Origin: Mobula hypostoma
Taxonomy: Eukaryota
Assembly: GCF_963921235.1 (NCBI RefSeq)
Contig: NC_086097.1
Span: 193,442,001 to 193,506,000 of the forward strand
DNA: 64,000 nucleotides
Reading direction: 5' to 3'
The notes under the pieces are model-generated. The model saw only the letters and a program-made list of their open reading frames with translations, did not search any database and was not told the origin of the DNA. Below, piece by piece: positions 1-13,516 of the stretch (position 1 is the first letter of the stretch; the number at the start of each line of letters is the position of its first letter). The position numbers and the translations under genes were made by a program.

Positions 1-1552
1 GAAAATCTACAATCCAATTGCACAAGGTGGCCATGGACCGACATGTCAGAATGGGACTGGGAACTGGAATTAAAATGTTTGGCCACCAGGAAGTCCTGCT
101 TGTGGTGGATGGTGCAGAGGTGCTTGACGAAGCAGTCCCTCAATTTATGACGGGTCTCACCGATGTAAAGGAGGCCACATAGAGAGCACTGGACACAATA
201 TACGACCCCAGCAGATTTGCAGGTGAACTGTTGCCTCACCTGGAAGGATTGCTTGGGGCCCTGAATGGAGGTAAAGGAGGTGTATGAGCAGTTTTGTACT
301 GTAAACAAAGTCACTGGAGAGACACAGCTGATAGATATGAAGTAGTCTTTTATTCAACAAAATTGGGACGCTCTCTGAAGGAAGAGGCCTGTTCAACCTA
401 ACATTGAATGACATTTTATATGCTGAAGATCAAAGGACAATTCAATATTTACAATATATCAACAATGATTCCTTTGAATTACATATAACTTTCACACCTC
501 CTTCTTCGTACCCACACTCCAGACAATGCCAAGGAACATTAAGCAGCTTTGAGTCCATGACCAAGTCTAAAGATTGGTTGCTGAAGTTAGTTGTTGCAGT
601 TAATATTTTGCTATACACTCTAAATCCAGAATATACCCTGACAATCAGCTGTAGCACTTAGGCCTCTTGCAGGGTAAGTGCCTTGAGGGAGATTAAAGGG
701 GAGGGATGAATGGACTAGGGAATTGTGGAGGGAGTGATCCCTGTGGAAAGCAGAGGAGGGAGGAAGGTAAATATATGTTTAGTGGTAGGATCCCTTTGGA
801 GATGGCAGAAGTTGTGGAAGATTATGTGTTGGATGCAGAGGCTGATGGGGTGACAGGTAAGGACAAGAGGAACTTCCACTGTAAAGGCAGGGGGAAGATA
901 AGGTGAGCGCAGATGCACTGGAAATGGAGGAAATGTGGTCGAGGACAACATCAATATTGGAGGGAGGGAAACCTCATTCGTTAAAGAAGGAGGACATCTC
1001 TGATGAAAAACAAGCCACCTCCTGGGAACAGATGCGGCAGAGGTGAAGAAACTGAGAAAAGGGAACAGCATTTTTATAGGAGATAGGGTGGGAAGGATTA
1101 TTGTTGAGATAGCCGTAGGATCCAATAGGTTTATAAAAGATGCCGGTTGACAGTTTGTCTCCAGAGCTGGAGACAGAGAGTTTGAGAAAGGAGTGGGAGG
1201 TGTCAGAGAAGGACCAAGTGAAGTTGAGGCAAAGTTTATAAGTTTGGTGAGCTCAGCATGCGTGCAAGAAGCAGCAACAATACAGGCATCAATGTAATGG
1301 GGGAAGAGTTGGGGAATATAACCAGGGAAGTCTTTGAACATGAACTGTCCAATGTTGTCAACGAAGAGGCGGGCATAGCTGGGGCCCATGGCTACCCCTC
1401 AAGTTTAGAGAAAGTGGGAGGAGCAAATGGAAAATTTTTTCAGGGTGAGGACCAGTTCTGCTAAATGGAGGAGGGTGGAGGTGGAGGGTGATTGGTTGGT
1501 TCTTTTATCAGGAAAGAAGGCAAGAGCTTTGAGGCCTTCTTGATGGGGGACA
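1..1552 (-). mobile_element. Penelope-like retroelement remnant (RT C-terminal half plus GIY-YIG endonuclease), interrupted at 292-643
   Basis: The minus strand gives GIY-YIG-type IQGPKQSFQVRQQFTC..VVYC..C..CGLLYIGET (~150-270) and RT motifs MGPSYA.LF and YIDACIVAASCTHAEL (ORF 715..1389). It is frameshifted. Confidence 0.9.
292..643 (-). mobile_element. probable solo LTR inserted in the Penelope element
   Basis: A 352-bp insert splits contiguous Penelope sequence and ends in TGACA. It has minus-strand AATAAA (~348-353) and TATAAAA (~414-420). The left flank AGCAG (287-291) matches the right flank AGCAG seen in duplicated copies (e.g. 5126-5130; ATCAG here). The left terminus is not canonical TG. 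Confidence 0.5.
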
Positions 1553-1554
1553 TT

Positions 1555-2500
1555 TGCTTCTTCTTCTTAAATTGCAGAGTGAATTCTATCATATTATGAT
1601 CATTGATCCCGCAGGATTCGTTTATCTGAAGCTCTCTAATCAATTCCAGTTCATTGCACAACACCCAATCCAGCATAGCTGATCCCCTAGTGGGCTCAAC
1701 CATGAGTTGCTCCAAAACGTCATCTCATATGCATTTTACAAATGCCCCCTCTTGGGATCCAGCACCAATCTGATTTTCCCAAACTACCTGCTTATTGAAA
1801 TCCCCCATGACTAACACAACATTGCCCTTTTGACATGGATTTTCTATATCCCATTGTAATTTATAGACCACATCTTTGCTAATGTTCAGAGATCTGTACG
1901 TAACTCCCATCTGGGTCTTTTTACCCTTGCACTTTCTTAGCTCTACACACAATGATACAACACCTTTCAAACCAATGCCCCCTCTTTCTAAGGGTTTGAT
2001 TTCATTTTTTTTAGTAACAGAGCCTCCCTACCCACTCTAACTACCTGTATGTCCTTTTGATATTATGCGTATCCTTGGACAATAAGCTCCCAGTTGCTGT
2101 ATAATCATCTTTCAGCCATGATTCACTTATACATGCCAATCTATATCTTCTACAAGTTCATCTAACTTATTCCGTATACTGCGTGCATTGAAATATAACA
2201 CATTCAGTCACCATCACCCTTTACGATTTTGTCCCTCATTTACATTGCAACTGACATAAACCCTGCCTACCTGCAATGTCATTTTCAGGAAACCATGTAC
2301 TTCTACTCCAAGAACGTTCTATTCTATAACAATCCCTAGGTCCACAGTTTCCAGGCTTTTCTTTGTCAACCTTTGTAAATAAAGCTACAACATTAGCCAC
2401 CTTTTATCTTGACACTTCTCCCATCTCTAACAATGATGCAAATATCTCAGCCAGGTATGCCAGTTTCTTTTCTAGTTTCCCCATAAGGTTCTTGGATATA
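1555..2500 (-). mobile_element. CR1 LINE ORF2 fragments (AP endonuclease and a short RT piece)
   Basis: The minus strand gives FNARSIRNKLDEL, SL.VELRKCKGKKTQMGV.YR, GDFN and DHNMIEF (ORFs 1461..1715, 1725..1970). Repeated at ~6015-6510 and ~13300-14530. Confidence 0.85.
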
Positions 2501-2710
2501 CAGTCCATCCTATCTTGGTTCTATGCTTCTGCAGACAATGCGGATTCACAATTATGCGAGGGAGCTATTTCTACCAACGACTCCTTATATGCATCCAAAA
2601 CTCACAGTTATGCGAGGAGCACCACTTTCCCACCAATACAAGTCACGTGCGCAGACCTCACAGTCTTACTGTTGGGACGAGAAGCATCGCTTTCCTGCCA
2701 ATACTTGTCA

Positions 2711-3326
2711 CAGACATCCCACCTCTCCCGGAAGTTCTGGGAGTCTCCCGCTTATTGATAGCGGCTCCCGGATGCCTGGAAATTATATACAATATCCCGG
2801 AAATCGATTTTTTTTTGAGAGGGAGAGGGAGAGCGAGAGCAAGCATCCTGATTGGTCTCTCTTGGTGCTAAGTAGACCTATCAGTTTTCTCTGTGGGCGG
2901 GCTTTACAGTCGACCTCAAAAATAATAACAGTGTTGCTCGCTACTTTTCTATTGCCCATGGTGGGTTAAAATATAAACGGCTTGTTGAGGTGAGTTTAAC
3001 AGGTGTCATTCGAACATAAGCGTAGCTAACGTTCCTTAAACTAGCTGACTAGGTGCTAAGGAGCTACTCTATTGATGTCCTACGTGATGAGCCCAAACTC
3101 CCTGTAGTCTTGCTTAGAGTTGTATAGAATAAACATGATAATATAATATAATATAAGTACATATTTTATTGTCACATTTTCTGCATATACCCAACTTGGT
3201 TTACAGATTAGACAAAATCACTAAACAAAGACCCTTGGAGGTCGACGTGGGGGTGGTGGAATCTGGGGTTGACGGGGCCGGGACTGCTACCTCCCTGAAA
3301 TTAGTGTTTGCAGGGTGGGATGTCTG
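2711..3326. mobile_element. non-autonomous TIR element (MITE) nested in the Tigger
   Basis: TIRs CAGACATCCCACC ... GGTGGGATGTCTG, with a 3-bp TCA duplication on both sides, sitting inside a minisatellite unit. Confidence 0.8.
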
Positions 3327-3610
3327 TCAGGTGCGCTCGCCTCACAATCTCACTGTTGGGACGAGAAGCACCGCTTTCCCGCCAATACAAGTGAAGGGCG
3401 CTCGCCTCACAATCTCACTGTTGGGACGAGAAGCACCGCTTTCCCGCCAATACAAGTCAAGTGCGCCCGCCTCACAATCTCACTGTTGAGACGAGAAGCA
3501 CCGCTTTCCCGCCGATACAAGTCAAGTGCGCCCGCCTCAGAATCTCTCTGTTGGGACGAGAAGCACCGCTTTCCCGCTAATACAAGTCAAGTGCGATCGC
3601 CTCACAAATA
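3327..3610. repeat. 65-bp (62-bp variant) minisatellite in the Tigger 5' region
   Basis: ACGAGAAGCACCGCTTTCCCGCC recurs at 3361, 3426, 3491 and 3556 (period 65). The other units hold 2-5 copies. Confidence 0.92.
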
Positions 3611-3725
3611 CAATCCCGCCAGTCTTGCACTGGTTTTCGCAAGGTGTGGATGCGTGAACTTGCGCTCTTAAACTTTTGTTGGTTTTACCTAAGGTGCAGT
3701 GATTTTCAAATTGAAATATTTAACT

Positions 3726-4320
3726 ATGCCTCCTAAGCGTCCGATGTCATGTGCTGGCCATCAGCTGAGCGGCAGAGAACCGCTTTAACAGTTGAAAAAA
3801 AATGGAAATTATAAACACTGCGGCATCAGCTGAAGATGACACAGTTGTTGGACGCTACTGCCGGGAACAGAATTTTGCCTTTAAAGTTCTTTTGTTGCTT
3901 GACAATGCGCCAGCCCATCCTAAACATTTGGACAGCATTCATCCTAACATAACAGTGCGTTTCCTGCCGCCTGACACAACATCGCTGATTCAGCCACTCG
4001 ACCGGTTTGATTCACATTTAAGACGTACGTATTTTTTTTACGGCGAACTATCTCTCAGATGCTGCAAGCAACAGACGTTTTGAAAATCCCGGGAGTTTAC
4101 CAATGGTGAGTGAATGGTGGAAGTCGGAACACTTGGTACAAATGGCGATGGACATGGACCCAAGTTTAGAACTGAGTCAGCATTTCAGTCATTCCCTGCA
4201 AGCAAATCCTTCTTCCCTACAAGCAAATTTCTGCTGAAAAATAAAATGCTGCCAAGCAAACAACCCTCACCACTTTCTTCAAATCGGTGTCATCTCCTGC
4301 TGCCGGCAGTTCTAAGAGCT
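3726..4320 (+). pseudogene. deleted, frameshifted Tigger-type transposase
   Basis: The N-terminal MPPKRP..RTALT.EK..EII is fused directly to the DDE core DNAPAHP/LPPDTTSLIQPLD and then a C-terminal KQTTL.TFFK. It is far too short and contains stops. Confidence 0.85.
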
Positions 4321-4889
4321 CGGTGAGTCTTCCTTCACCCCTTGCAGTGCTTGATATGATCCTGACGACCACAACCATCCACCTTATCCACGTGAAGCTG
4401 CCCGACACCGCAACAACCACTCATTTCCCAGAGTGAACACACCTGCCACTGTTGGTGAGTACTGTACACCCTAGGATGTTAAATTTCTATGATTTATTAC
4501 AATAAATATTACCTTAAATTGATGAAGTATAATACAAATGTTGTCTTGTGATACTGCTTTTGTGTCGCATTGGTATGAAAATGTGAATAAATTATAGATA
4601 AAACATATTTAGGAAGCCCTCTGGTTCGCATCCCTATTTTCTCCATTTAAATAATTATTCATATTTTGCGTTGACCTCGAGGAACGTATCCCCCGCATAT
4701 AACGAGGATAGGGTGTACCTGATCTGGCCCTGAGATCTATCTTTCTTCACATGTCTTAAGTCGATGTTATCATCAAGACCTCTCCATTAATTATTTACAT
4801 TTCTGAAATCTCTGTGTGTATCTCTAATGTAAAGACAGATGAAACGTTCATTCAGGACTATCTCATGTGGCTCCACAAAAAGATGTCTT

Positions 4890-5111
4890 TCAGGCTGCAT
4901 ATCTAAGAAAGGATGTGCTGGCATGGGAGAGAGTCCAAACGAAGCTTATGAGAATGATCTGGGGAATGAAAGGGTTAATGTATGAGGAGCATTTGATGGC
5001 TCTGGGTCTGTACTTGCAGGAGTTTAGAAGAATGAGGGGATCTCATTGAAACCTATCAAATATTGAAACATAGATACAATGGACATGGAGAAGGTGTTTC
5101 TATTCTAACAG
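4890..5111 (+). mobile_element. CR1 LINE 3' RT fragment, cut at the array junction
   Basis: YLRKDVLAWERVQ..MRMI.GMKGLMYEE.LMALGLY..EFRRMRG (ORF 4867..5049). Repeated at the end of most units. Confidence 0.85.
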
Positions 5112-5125
5112 AATATGCCCTGACA

Positions 5126-6010
5126 AGCAGGTGTAGCACTTAGGCCTCTTGCAGGGTAAGTGCCTTGAGGGAGATTAAAGGGGAGCGATGAATGGACTAG
5201 GGAATTGTGGAGGGAGTGTTTCCTGTGGAAAGCAGAGGAGGGAGGAAGGTGAATATATGTTTAGTGGTAGGATCCCTTTGGAGATGGCAGAAGTTGTGGA
5301 AGATTATGTGTTGAATGCAGAGGCTGATGTGGTGATAGGTAAGGACAAATGGAACCTTCACTATAAAGGCAGCTGGAAGATGGGGTGAGCGCAGATGGAC
5401 TGAAAATGGAGGAAATGTGGTTGAGGACAGCATCAAAAGTCGAGGAAGGGAAATCTCATTTGTTAAAGAAGGAGGACAGATGTGGCAGAGGTGAGGAAAC
5501 TGAGAAAAGGGAATAGCATTTTTATAGGAGATAGGGTGGGAAGGATTATTGTCACGATAACCATAGGATTCAATAGGTTTATCAAAGATGCTGGTTGACA
5601 GGTTGTCTCCAGAGATGGAGACAGAGAGATTGAGAAAGGAGTGGGAGGTGTAAGAGAAGGACCAAGTGAAAGGTGGAAGCTGAGGCAAAGTTGATAAATT
5701 TGGTGAGCTTAGCATGTGTGCAAGTAGCAGCAACAATACAGGCATCAATGTAGTGGAGGAAGAGTTGGGGAATATAACCAGAGAAGGCTTTGAACATGAA
5801 CTGTCCTATGTTGCCAATGAAGAGACAGGCATAGTTGGGGCCCATGGCTGCCCCTCAAGTTTAGAGAAAGTGGGAGGAGCCAAAGGAAAACTTGTTCAGG
5901 GTGAGGACCAGTTCTGCTAGATGGAGGAGGGTTGAGGTGGAGGGTGATTGGTTGGTTCTTTTATCAAGAAAGAAGGCAAGAGCTTTGAGGCCTTCTTGAT
6001 GGGGGACATT
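5126..6010 (-). mobile_element. Penelope fragment (array unit 2)
   Basis: Duplicate of 644-1552; MGPNYACLF motif. Confidence 0.85.
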
Positions 6011-6524
6011 AGCTTCTTCTTCTTAAATTGCAGAGTGAATTCTATCGTATTATGATGACTGATCCCTAAGGGTTCTTTTATTTTAAGGTCTCTAATCAAT
6101 TCCAGCTCATTGCACAACACCCAATCCAGAATAGCTGATCCCCTAGTTGGCACAGCCATGAGTTGCTCCAAAACATCATCTCGTATGCATTCTACAAATG
6201 CCCCCGCTTGGGATCCAGCACCAATCTGATTTTCCCAAACTGCCTGCTTATTGAAATCCCCCATGACTAACACAACATTACCCTTTTGACATGGATTTTC
6301 TATCTCCCATTGTAATTTATAGACCACATCTTTGCTAATGTTCAGAGGATTGTGCATAACTCCCATCAGGGTCTTTTTACCCTTGCACTTTCTTAGCTCT
6401 ACCCACAATGATTCAACACCTTTCAATCCAATACCCTTCTTATTCTTCTTAAATTGCAGAGTGAATTCTATCATATTATGATGACTGATCCCTAAGGGTT
6501 CTTTTATTTTATTGGATCTTTTAT

Positions 6525-7829
6525 CGCCTCACACTCTTACTGTTGGGACGAGAAGCACCGCTTTCCCGCCAATACAAGTGAAGTGCGCTCGCCTCACAAT
6601 CTCAGTGGGACGAGAAGCACCGCTTTCCCGCCAATACAAGTGAAGTGCGCTCGCCTCACAATCTCACTGGGACGAGAAGCACCACTTTCCCGCCAGTACA
6701 AGTGAAGTGCGATCGCCTCAGAATCTCACTCCCGCCGGTGTCGCACTGGTTTTCGCAAGGTGTGGATGCGCGATCTTGCGCTCTTAAACTTTTGTTGGTT
6801 TTACCTACGGTGCAGAGATTTTGTGATTGAAATATTTAACTATGCCTCCTAAGCGTCCGATGTCATGTGCTGGCCTCAGCCGAGCGGCAGAAAACCGCTT
6901 TAACATTTGAAAAAAGGTTGGAAATTATAAAGAGCGCAGCATTAGCTGAAGATAACAGAGTTGTGGGACGCTACTGCCGGGAACAGAATCTTGCCTTTAA
7001 AGTTCTTTTGTTGCTTGACAATGCGCCAGCCCATCCTAAACATTTGGACAGCATTCATCCTAACATAACAGTGCGTTTCCTGCCGCCTGACACAACATCG
7101 CTGATTCAACCACTCGACCGGTGTGATGCACATTTAAGACGTACGTATTGTTTTACGGCGAACTATCTCTCAGATGCTGCAAGCAACGGACGATTTTGAA
7201 AATCCCGGGAGTTTACCAACGGTGAGTTAATGGTGGATGTCGGAACACTTGGCAGAAATGGCGATGGACATGGACCCAAGTTTAGAACTGAGTCAGCATT
7301 TCAGTCATTCCCTCCCCTCAATCCTTCTTCCATACAAGCAAATTTCCGCTGAAAAATAAAATGCTGCCAAGCAAACAACCCTCACCACTTTCTTCAAATC
7401 GGTGTCATCTCCTGCTGCCGGAGTTTTAAGAGTTCTGTGAGTCTTCCTTCACCCCTTGCTGTGCTTGATATGATCCTGACGACCACAACCATCCACCTTA
7501 TCCACGTGAAGCTGTCGGACACCACAACAGCCACTCATTTCCCGGAGCGAACACACCTGGCACTGTTGGTGAGTACTGTACACCCTAGGATGTTAAATTT
7601 CTATGATTTATTACAATGAATATTACCTTAAATTGATGAAGTATAATACAAATGTTGTCTTGTGATACTGCTTTTGTGTCGCATTGGTATGAAAATGTGA
7701 ATAAATTACAGATAAAACATATTTAGGAAGCCCTCTGGAACGCATCCCTATTTTCTTCATTTAAATAATTATTCCTATTTTGCGTTGACCTCGAGGAACG
7801 TATCCCCCGCATATAACGAGGATAGGGTG
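6525..7829 (+). mobile_element. Tigger-like copy 2 (5' truncated)
   Basis: DDE fragment ORF 6867..7199; right TIR plus TA. Confidence 0.85.
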
Positions 7830-8239
7830 TACCTGATCTGGCCCTGAGATCTATCTTTCTTCACATGTCTTAAGTCGATGTTATCATCAAGACCTCTCCA
7901 TTAATTATTTACATTTCTGAAATCTCTGTGTGTATCTCTAATGTAAAGACAGATGAAACGTTCATTCAGGACTATCTCATGTGGCTCCACAAAAAGATGT
8001 CTTTCAGGCTGCATATCTAAGAAAGGATGTGCTGGCATGGGAGAGAGTCCAAACGAAGCTTATGAGAATGATCTGGGGAATGAAAGGGTTAATGTATGAG
8101 GAGCATTTGATGGCTCTGGGTCTGTACTTGCAGGAGTTTAGAAGAATGAGGGGATCTCATTGAAACCTATCAAATATTGAAACATAGATACAATGGACAT
8201 GGAGAAGGTGTTTCTATTCTAACAGAATATGCCCTGACA

Positions 8240-9123
8240 AGCAGATGTAGCACTTAGGCGTCTTGCAGGGTAAGTGCCTTGAGGGAGATTAAAGGGGAGC
8301 GATGAATGGACTAGGGAATTGTGGAGGGAGTGTTTCCTGTGGAAAGCAGAGGAGGGAGGAAGGTGAATATATGTTTAGTGGTAGGATCCCTTTGGAGATG
8401 GCAGAAGTTGTGGAAGATTATGTGTTGAATGCAGAGGCTGATGTGGTGATACGTAAGGACAAATGGAACTTTCACTATAAAGGCAGCTGGAAGATGGGGT
8501 GAGCGCAGAGGGACTGAAAATGGAGGAAATGTGGTTGAGGACAGCATCAAAAGTTTAGGGAGGGAAACTTCATTCGTTGAAGAAGGAGGACAGATGTGGC
8601 ACAGGTGAGGAAACTGGGAAAAGGGAATAGCATTTTTATAGGAGATAGGGTGGGAAGGATTATTGTCACGATAACCATAGGATTCAATAGGTTTATCAAA
8701 GATGTCGGTTGACAGGTTGTCTCCAGAGATGGAGACAGAGAGATTGAGAAAGGAGTGGGAGGTGTAAGAGAAGGACCAAGTGAAAGGTGGAAGCTGAGGC
8801 AAAGTTGATAAATTTGGTGAGCTTAGCATGTGTGCAAGTAGCAGCAACAATACAGGCATCAATGTAGTGGAGGAAGAGTTGGGGAATATAACCAGGGAAG
8901 GCTTTGAACATGAACTGTCCTATGTTGTCAACGAAGAGGCAGGCATAGTTGGGGCCCATGGCTGCCCCTCAAGTTTAGAGAAAGTGGGAGGAGCCAAAGG
9001 AAAACTTGTTCAGGGTGAGGACCAGTTCTACTAGATGGAGGAGGGTTGAGGTGGAGGGTGATTGGTTGGTTCTTTTATCAAGAAAGAAGGCAAGAGCTTT
9101 GAGGCCTTCTTGATGGGGGACAT
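8240..9123 (-). mobile_element. Penelope fragment (array unit 3)
   Basis: Near-identical to 5126-6010. Confidence 0.85.
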
Positions 9124-9212
9124 TAGCTTCTTCTTCTTAAATTGCAGAGTGAATTCTATCATATTATGATGACTGATCCCTAAGGGTTCTTTTATTTTAT
9201 TGGATCTTTTAT

Positions 9213-10456
9213 CGCCTCACACTCTCACTGTTGGGACGAGAAGCACCGATTTCCCGCCAATACAAGTGAAGTGCGCTCGCCTCACAATCTCAGTGGGACG
9301 AGAAGCACCGCTTTCCCGCCAGTACAAGTGAAGTGCGATCGCCTCAGAATCTCACTCCCGCCGGTGTCGCACTGGTTTTCGCAAGTTGTGGATGCGCGAT
9401 CTTGCGCTCTTAAACTTTTGTTGGTTTTACCTACGGTGCAGAGATTTTGTGATTGAAATATTTAACTATGCCTCCTAAGCGTCCGATGTCATGTGCTGGC
9501 CTCAGCCGAGCGGCAGAAAACCGCTTTAACATTTGAAAAAAGGTTGGAAATTATAAACAGCGCAGCATCAGCTGAAGATAACAGAGTTGTGGGACGCTAC
9601 TGCCGGGAACAGAATCTTGCCTTTAAAGTTCTTTTGTTGCTTGACAATGCGCCAGCCCATCCTAAACATTTGGACAGCATTCATCCTATCATAACAGTGT
9701 GTTTCCTGCCGCCTGACACAACATCGCTGATTCAACCACTCGACCGGTGTGATCCACATTTAAGACGTACGTATTGTTTTACGACCAACTATCTCTCAGA
9801 TGCTGCAAGCAACGGACGATTTTGAAAATCCCGGGAGTTTACCAACGGTGAGTTAATGGTGGATGTCGGAACACTTGGCAGAAATGGCGATGGACATGGA
9901 CCCAAGTTTAGAACTGAGTCAGCATTTCAGTCATTCACTCCCCTCAATCCTTCTTCCATGCAAGCAAATTTCCGCTGAAAAATAAAATGCTGCCAAGCAA
10001 ACAACCCTCACCACTTTCTTCAAATCGGTGTCGTCTCCTGCTGCCGGCAGTTCTAAGAGCTCGGTGAGTCTTTCTTCACCCCTTGCTGTGCTTGATATGA
10101 TACTGACGACCACAACCATCCACCTTATCCATGTGAAGCTGTCGGACACCACAACAACCACTCATTTCCCGGAGCGAACACACCTGCCATTGTTGGTGAG
10201 TACTGTACACCCTAGGATGTTAAATTTCTATGATTTATTATATTGAATATTATCTTAAATTGATGAAGTATAATACAAATGTTGTCTTGTGATACTACTT
10301 TTGTGTCGTATTGGTATAAGAAAGTGAATAAATCACAGATAAAATATATTTAGCAAGCCCTCTGGAACGCATGCCTATTTTCTCCGTTTAAATAATTATT
10401 CACATTTTGCGTCGACTGCGAGGAACTTATCCCCCGCATATAACGAGGATAGGGTG
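9213..10456 (+). mobile_element. Tigger-like copy 3 (5' truncated)
   Basis: DDE fragment ORF 9493..9825; right TIR plus TA. Confidence 0.85.
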
Positions 10457-11028
10457 TACCTGATCTGGCCCTGAGATCTATCTTTCTTCACATGTTTTAA
10501 GTAGATGTTATCATCAAGACCTCTCCATTAATTATTTTCAGTTCTGAAATCTCTGTGTGTATCTCTACTGTAAAGACAGATGAAACGTTTATTCAGGACC
10601 ATCGCATGTTGCTCCACAAAAAGATGTCTTTCAGGCCCCATCCCTAAGAAAGGATGTGCTGGCATGGGAAGAGTCCAAACGAAGCTTATGAGAATGATCT
10701 GGGGAAGGAAAGGGTTAAAGTATGAGGAGCATTTGTTGGCTCTGGGTCTGTACTTGCTGGAGTTTAGAAGAATGACGGGATCTCATTGAAACCTATCAAA
10801 TATTGAAATATAGATACAATGGACAAGGAGAAGGTGTTTCTATTCTAACAGAATATGCCCTGACAAGCAGATGTAGCACTTAGGCCTCTTGCAGGGTAAG
10901 TGCCTTGAGGGAGATTAAAGGGGAGCAATGAATGGACTAGGGAATTGTAGAGGGAATGATCCCTGTGGAAAGCAGAGGAGGGAGGAAGGTAAATATATGT
11001 TTAGTGGTAGGATCACTTTGGAGATGGC

Positions 11029-12331
11029 GACTTGCTTACAGTTGTAATAGAATAAACATGATAATATAATATAAGTAAATAGTTTAAGGTCACATTTTCT
11101 GCGTATATTCAACTTGGTTTACAGATTAGACAAAATCACAAAACAAAGTATTACATACACCCTTGGAGGTCGACGGGCGGGGGGGGGAGGGTGAGGGATA
11201 TGGGGTTGCGGGGGGCGGGGTTGCTATCTCCCTAAAATGAGTGTTTGCAGGGTGGGATGTCTGTCAGGTGCGCGCGCCACACACTCTCTCTGTTGGGACC
11301 AGAAGCACCGCTTTCCCGCCAATACAAGTGAAGTGCGATCGCCTCACAATCTCACTGTTGGGACGAGAAGCACCGCTTTCCCGCCAATAGAAATGAAGTG
11401 CGCTCGCCTCACAATCTCAGTTCCGCCAGTCTCGCAGTGGTTTTCGCAAGTTGTGGATACGTAATTTTGCGCTCTTAAACGGTTTTACCAACGGTGCAGT
11501 GATTTTGTGATTGAAATATTTAACTATGCCTCCTAAGCGTCCGATGTCATGTGCTGGCCATCAGCCGAGCGGCAGAGAACCGCTTTAACACTTGAAAAAA
11601 GGTTGGAAATTATAAACAGCGCAGCATTACCTGAAGATAACAGAGTTGTGGGACGCTACTGCCGGGAACAGAATCTTGCCTTTAAAGTTCTTTTGTTGCT
11701 TGACAATGCGCCAGCCCATCCTAAACATTTGGACAGCATTCATCCTAACATAACAGTGCGTTTCCTGCCGCCTGACACAACATCGCTGATTCAACCACTC
11801 GACCGGTTTGATCCACATTTAAGACGTACGTATTGTTTTACGACCAACTATCTCTCAGATGCTGCAAGCAACAGACGGTTTTGAAAATCCCGGGAGTTTA
11901 CCAACGGTGAGTGAATGGTGGAAGTCGGAACCCTTGGTACAAATGGCGATGGACATGGACCCAAGTTTAGAACTGAGTCAGCATTTCAGTCGTTCCCTGC
12001 CCTCAATCCTTCTTCCCTACAAGCAAATTTATGCTGAAAAATAAAATGCTGCCAAGCAAACAACCCTCACCAATTTCTTCAAACCGGTGACATCTCCTGC
12101 TGCCGGCAGTTCGAAGAGCTCGGTGAGTCTTCCTTCACCCCTTGCTGTGCTTGATATGATCCTGACGACCACAACCATCCACCTTATCCATGTGAAGCTG
12201 CCCGACATCACAACAACCACTCATTTCCCAGAGTGAACACACCTGCCACTGTTGGTGAGTACTGTACACCCTAGGAAGTTAAATTTTTATGATTTATTAC
12301 AATGAATATCACCTTAAATTGATGAAGTATA
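11029..12331 (+). mobile_element. Tigger-like copy 4 (both ends deleted; starts inside the MITE)
   Basis: ORF 11549..11884; fused to CR1 sequence at ~12331. Confidence 0.85.
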
Positions 12332-12377
12332 TGGACAAGGAGAAGGTGTTTCTATTCTAACAGAATATGCCCTGACA

Positions 12378-13293
12378 AGCAGCTGTAGCACTTAGGCCTC
12401 TTGCAGGGTAAGTGCCTTGAGGGAGATTAAAGGGGAGTGATGAATGGACTAGGGAATTCTGGAGGGAGTGATTCCTGTGGAAAGCAGAGCAGGGAGGGAG
12501 GTAAATATATGTTTAGTGGTAGGATCCCTTTGGAGATGGCAGAAGTTGTGGAAGATAATGTGTTGGATGCAGAGGCTGAAGGGGTGACAGGTAAGGACAA
12601 AAGGAACTTTCACTGTAAAGGCAGGGGGAAGATGGAGTGAACGCAGATGCACTGGAAATGGAGGAAATGTGGTTGAGAACAGCATCAATAGTGGAGGGAG
12701 GGAAACCTCATTCTTTAAAGAAGGAGGACATCTCTGATGAAAGAAAAGCCACCTCCTGGGAACAGATGCGGCAGAGATGAGGAAACTGAGAAATGGGAAT
12801 AGCATTTTTATAGGAGATAGGGTGGGAAGGATTATTGTTGAGATAACCGTAGGATTCAATAGGTTTATAAAAGATGCCGGTTGACTGTTTGTCTCCAGAG
12901 AGGGAGACAGAGAGATTGAGAAAGGAGTGGGAGGTGTCAGAGAAGGACCAAGTGAAAGGCGGAAGCTGAGGCAAAGTTGATAAATTTGGTGAGCTTAGCA
13001 TGTGTGCAAGTAGCAGCAACAATACAGGCATCAATGTAATGGAGGAAGAGTTGGGGAATATAACCAGGGAAGGCTTTGAACATGAACTGTCCTATGTTGC
13101 CAACGAAGAGACAGGCATAGTTGGGGCCCATGGCTGCCCCTCAAGTTTAGAGAAAGTGGGAGGAGCCAAAGGAAAACTTGTTCAGGGTGAGGACCAGTTC
13201 TACTAGATGGATGAGGGTTGAGGTGGAGAGTGATTGGTTGGTTCTTTTATCAAGAAAGAAGGCAAGAGCTTTGATGCCTTCTTGATGGGGGAC
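12378..13293 (-). mobile_element. Penelope fragment (array unit 5)
   Basis: Duplicate of 644-1552; ORFs 12449..12859 and 12937..13131. Confidence 0.85.
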
Positions 13294-13516
13294 ATTAGCT
13301 TCTTCTTCTTAAATTGCAGAGTGAATTCTATCATATTATGATGACTGATCCCTAAGGGTTCTTTTATTTTAAGGTCTCTAATCAATTCCAGCTCATTGCA
13401 CAACACCCAGTCCAGAATAGCTGATCCCCTAGTTGGCACAGCCATGAGTTGCTCCAAAACGCCATCTCGTATGCATTCTACAAATCCCCCCTCTTGGGAT
13501 CCAGCACCAATCTGAT

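Larger units (their letters stand above)
2506..4715 (+). mobile_element. Tigger/pogo-like DNA transposon, internally deleted (copy 1, both TIRs)
   Basis: The ~22-bp TIRs are a degenerate left copy at 2506-2527 and CGCATATAACGAGGATAGGGTG followed by TA at 4694-4717. Transposase pieces MPPKRP.., KVLLLLDNAPAHP..FLPPDTTSLIQPLD (DDE_1-type) and KQTTLTTFFK lie between them. Confidence 0.88.

Noticed and set aside
3327..3610. CRISPR-like regularly spaced repeats (65-bp period)
   Set aside because: The whole unit repeats with no unique spacers, there are no cas genes, and the context is eukaryotic TE sequence, so it is a minisatellite.
6867..7199. Cluster of domesticated TIGD/CENP-B-like genes
   Set aside because: These are fragments only, with a large internal deletion, frameshifts and stops, and TIRs are present.
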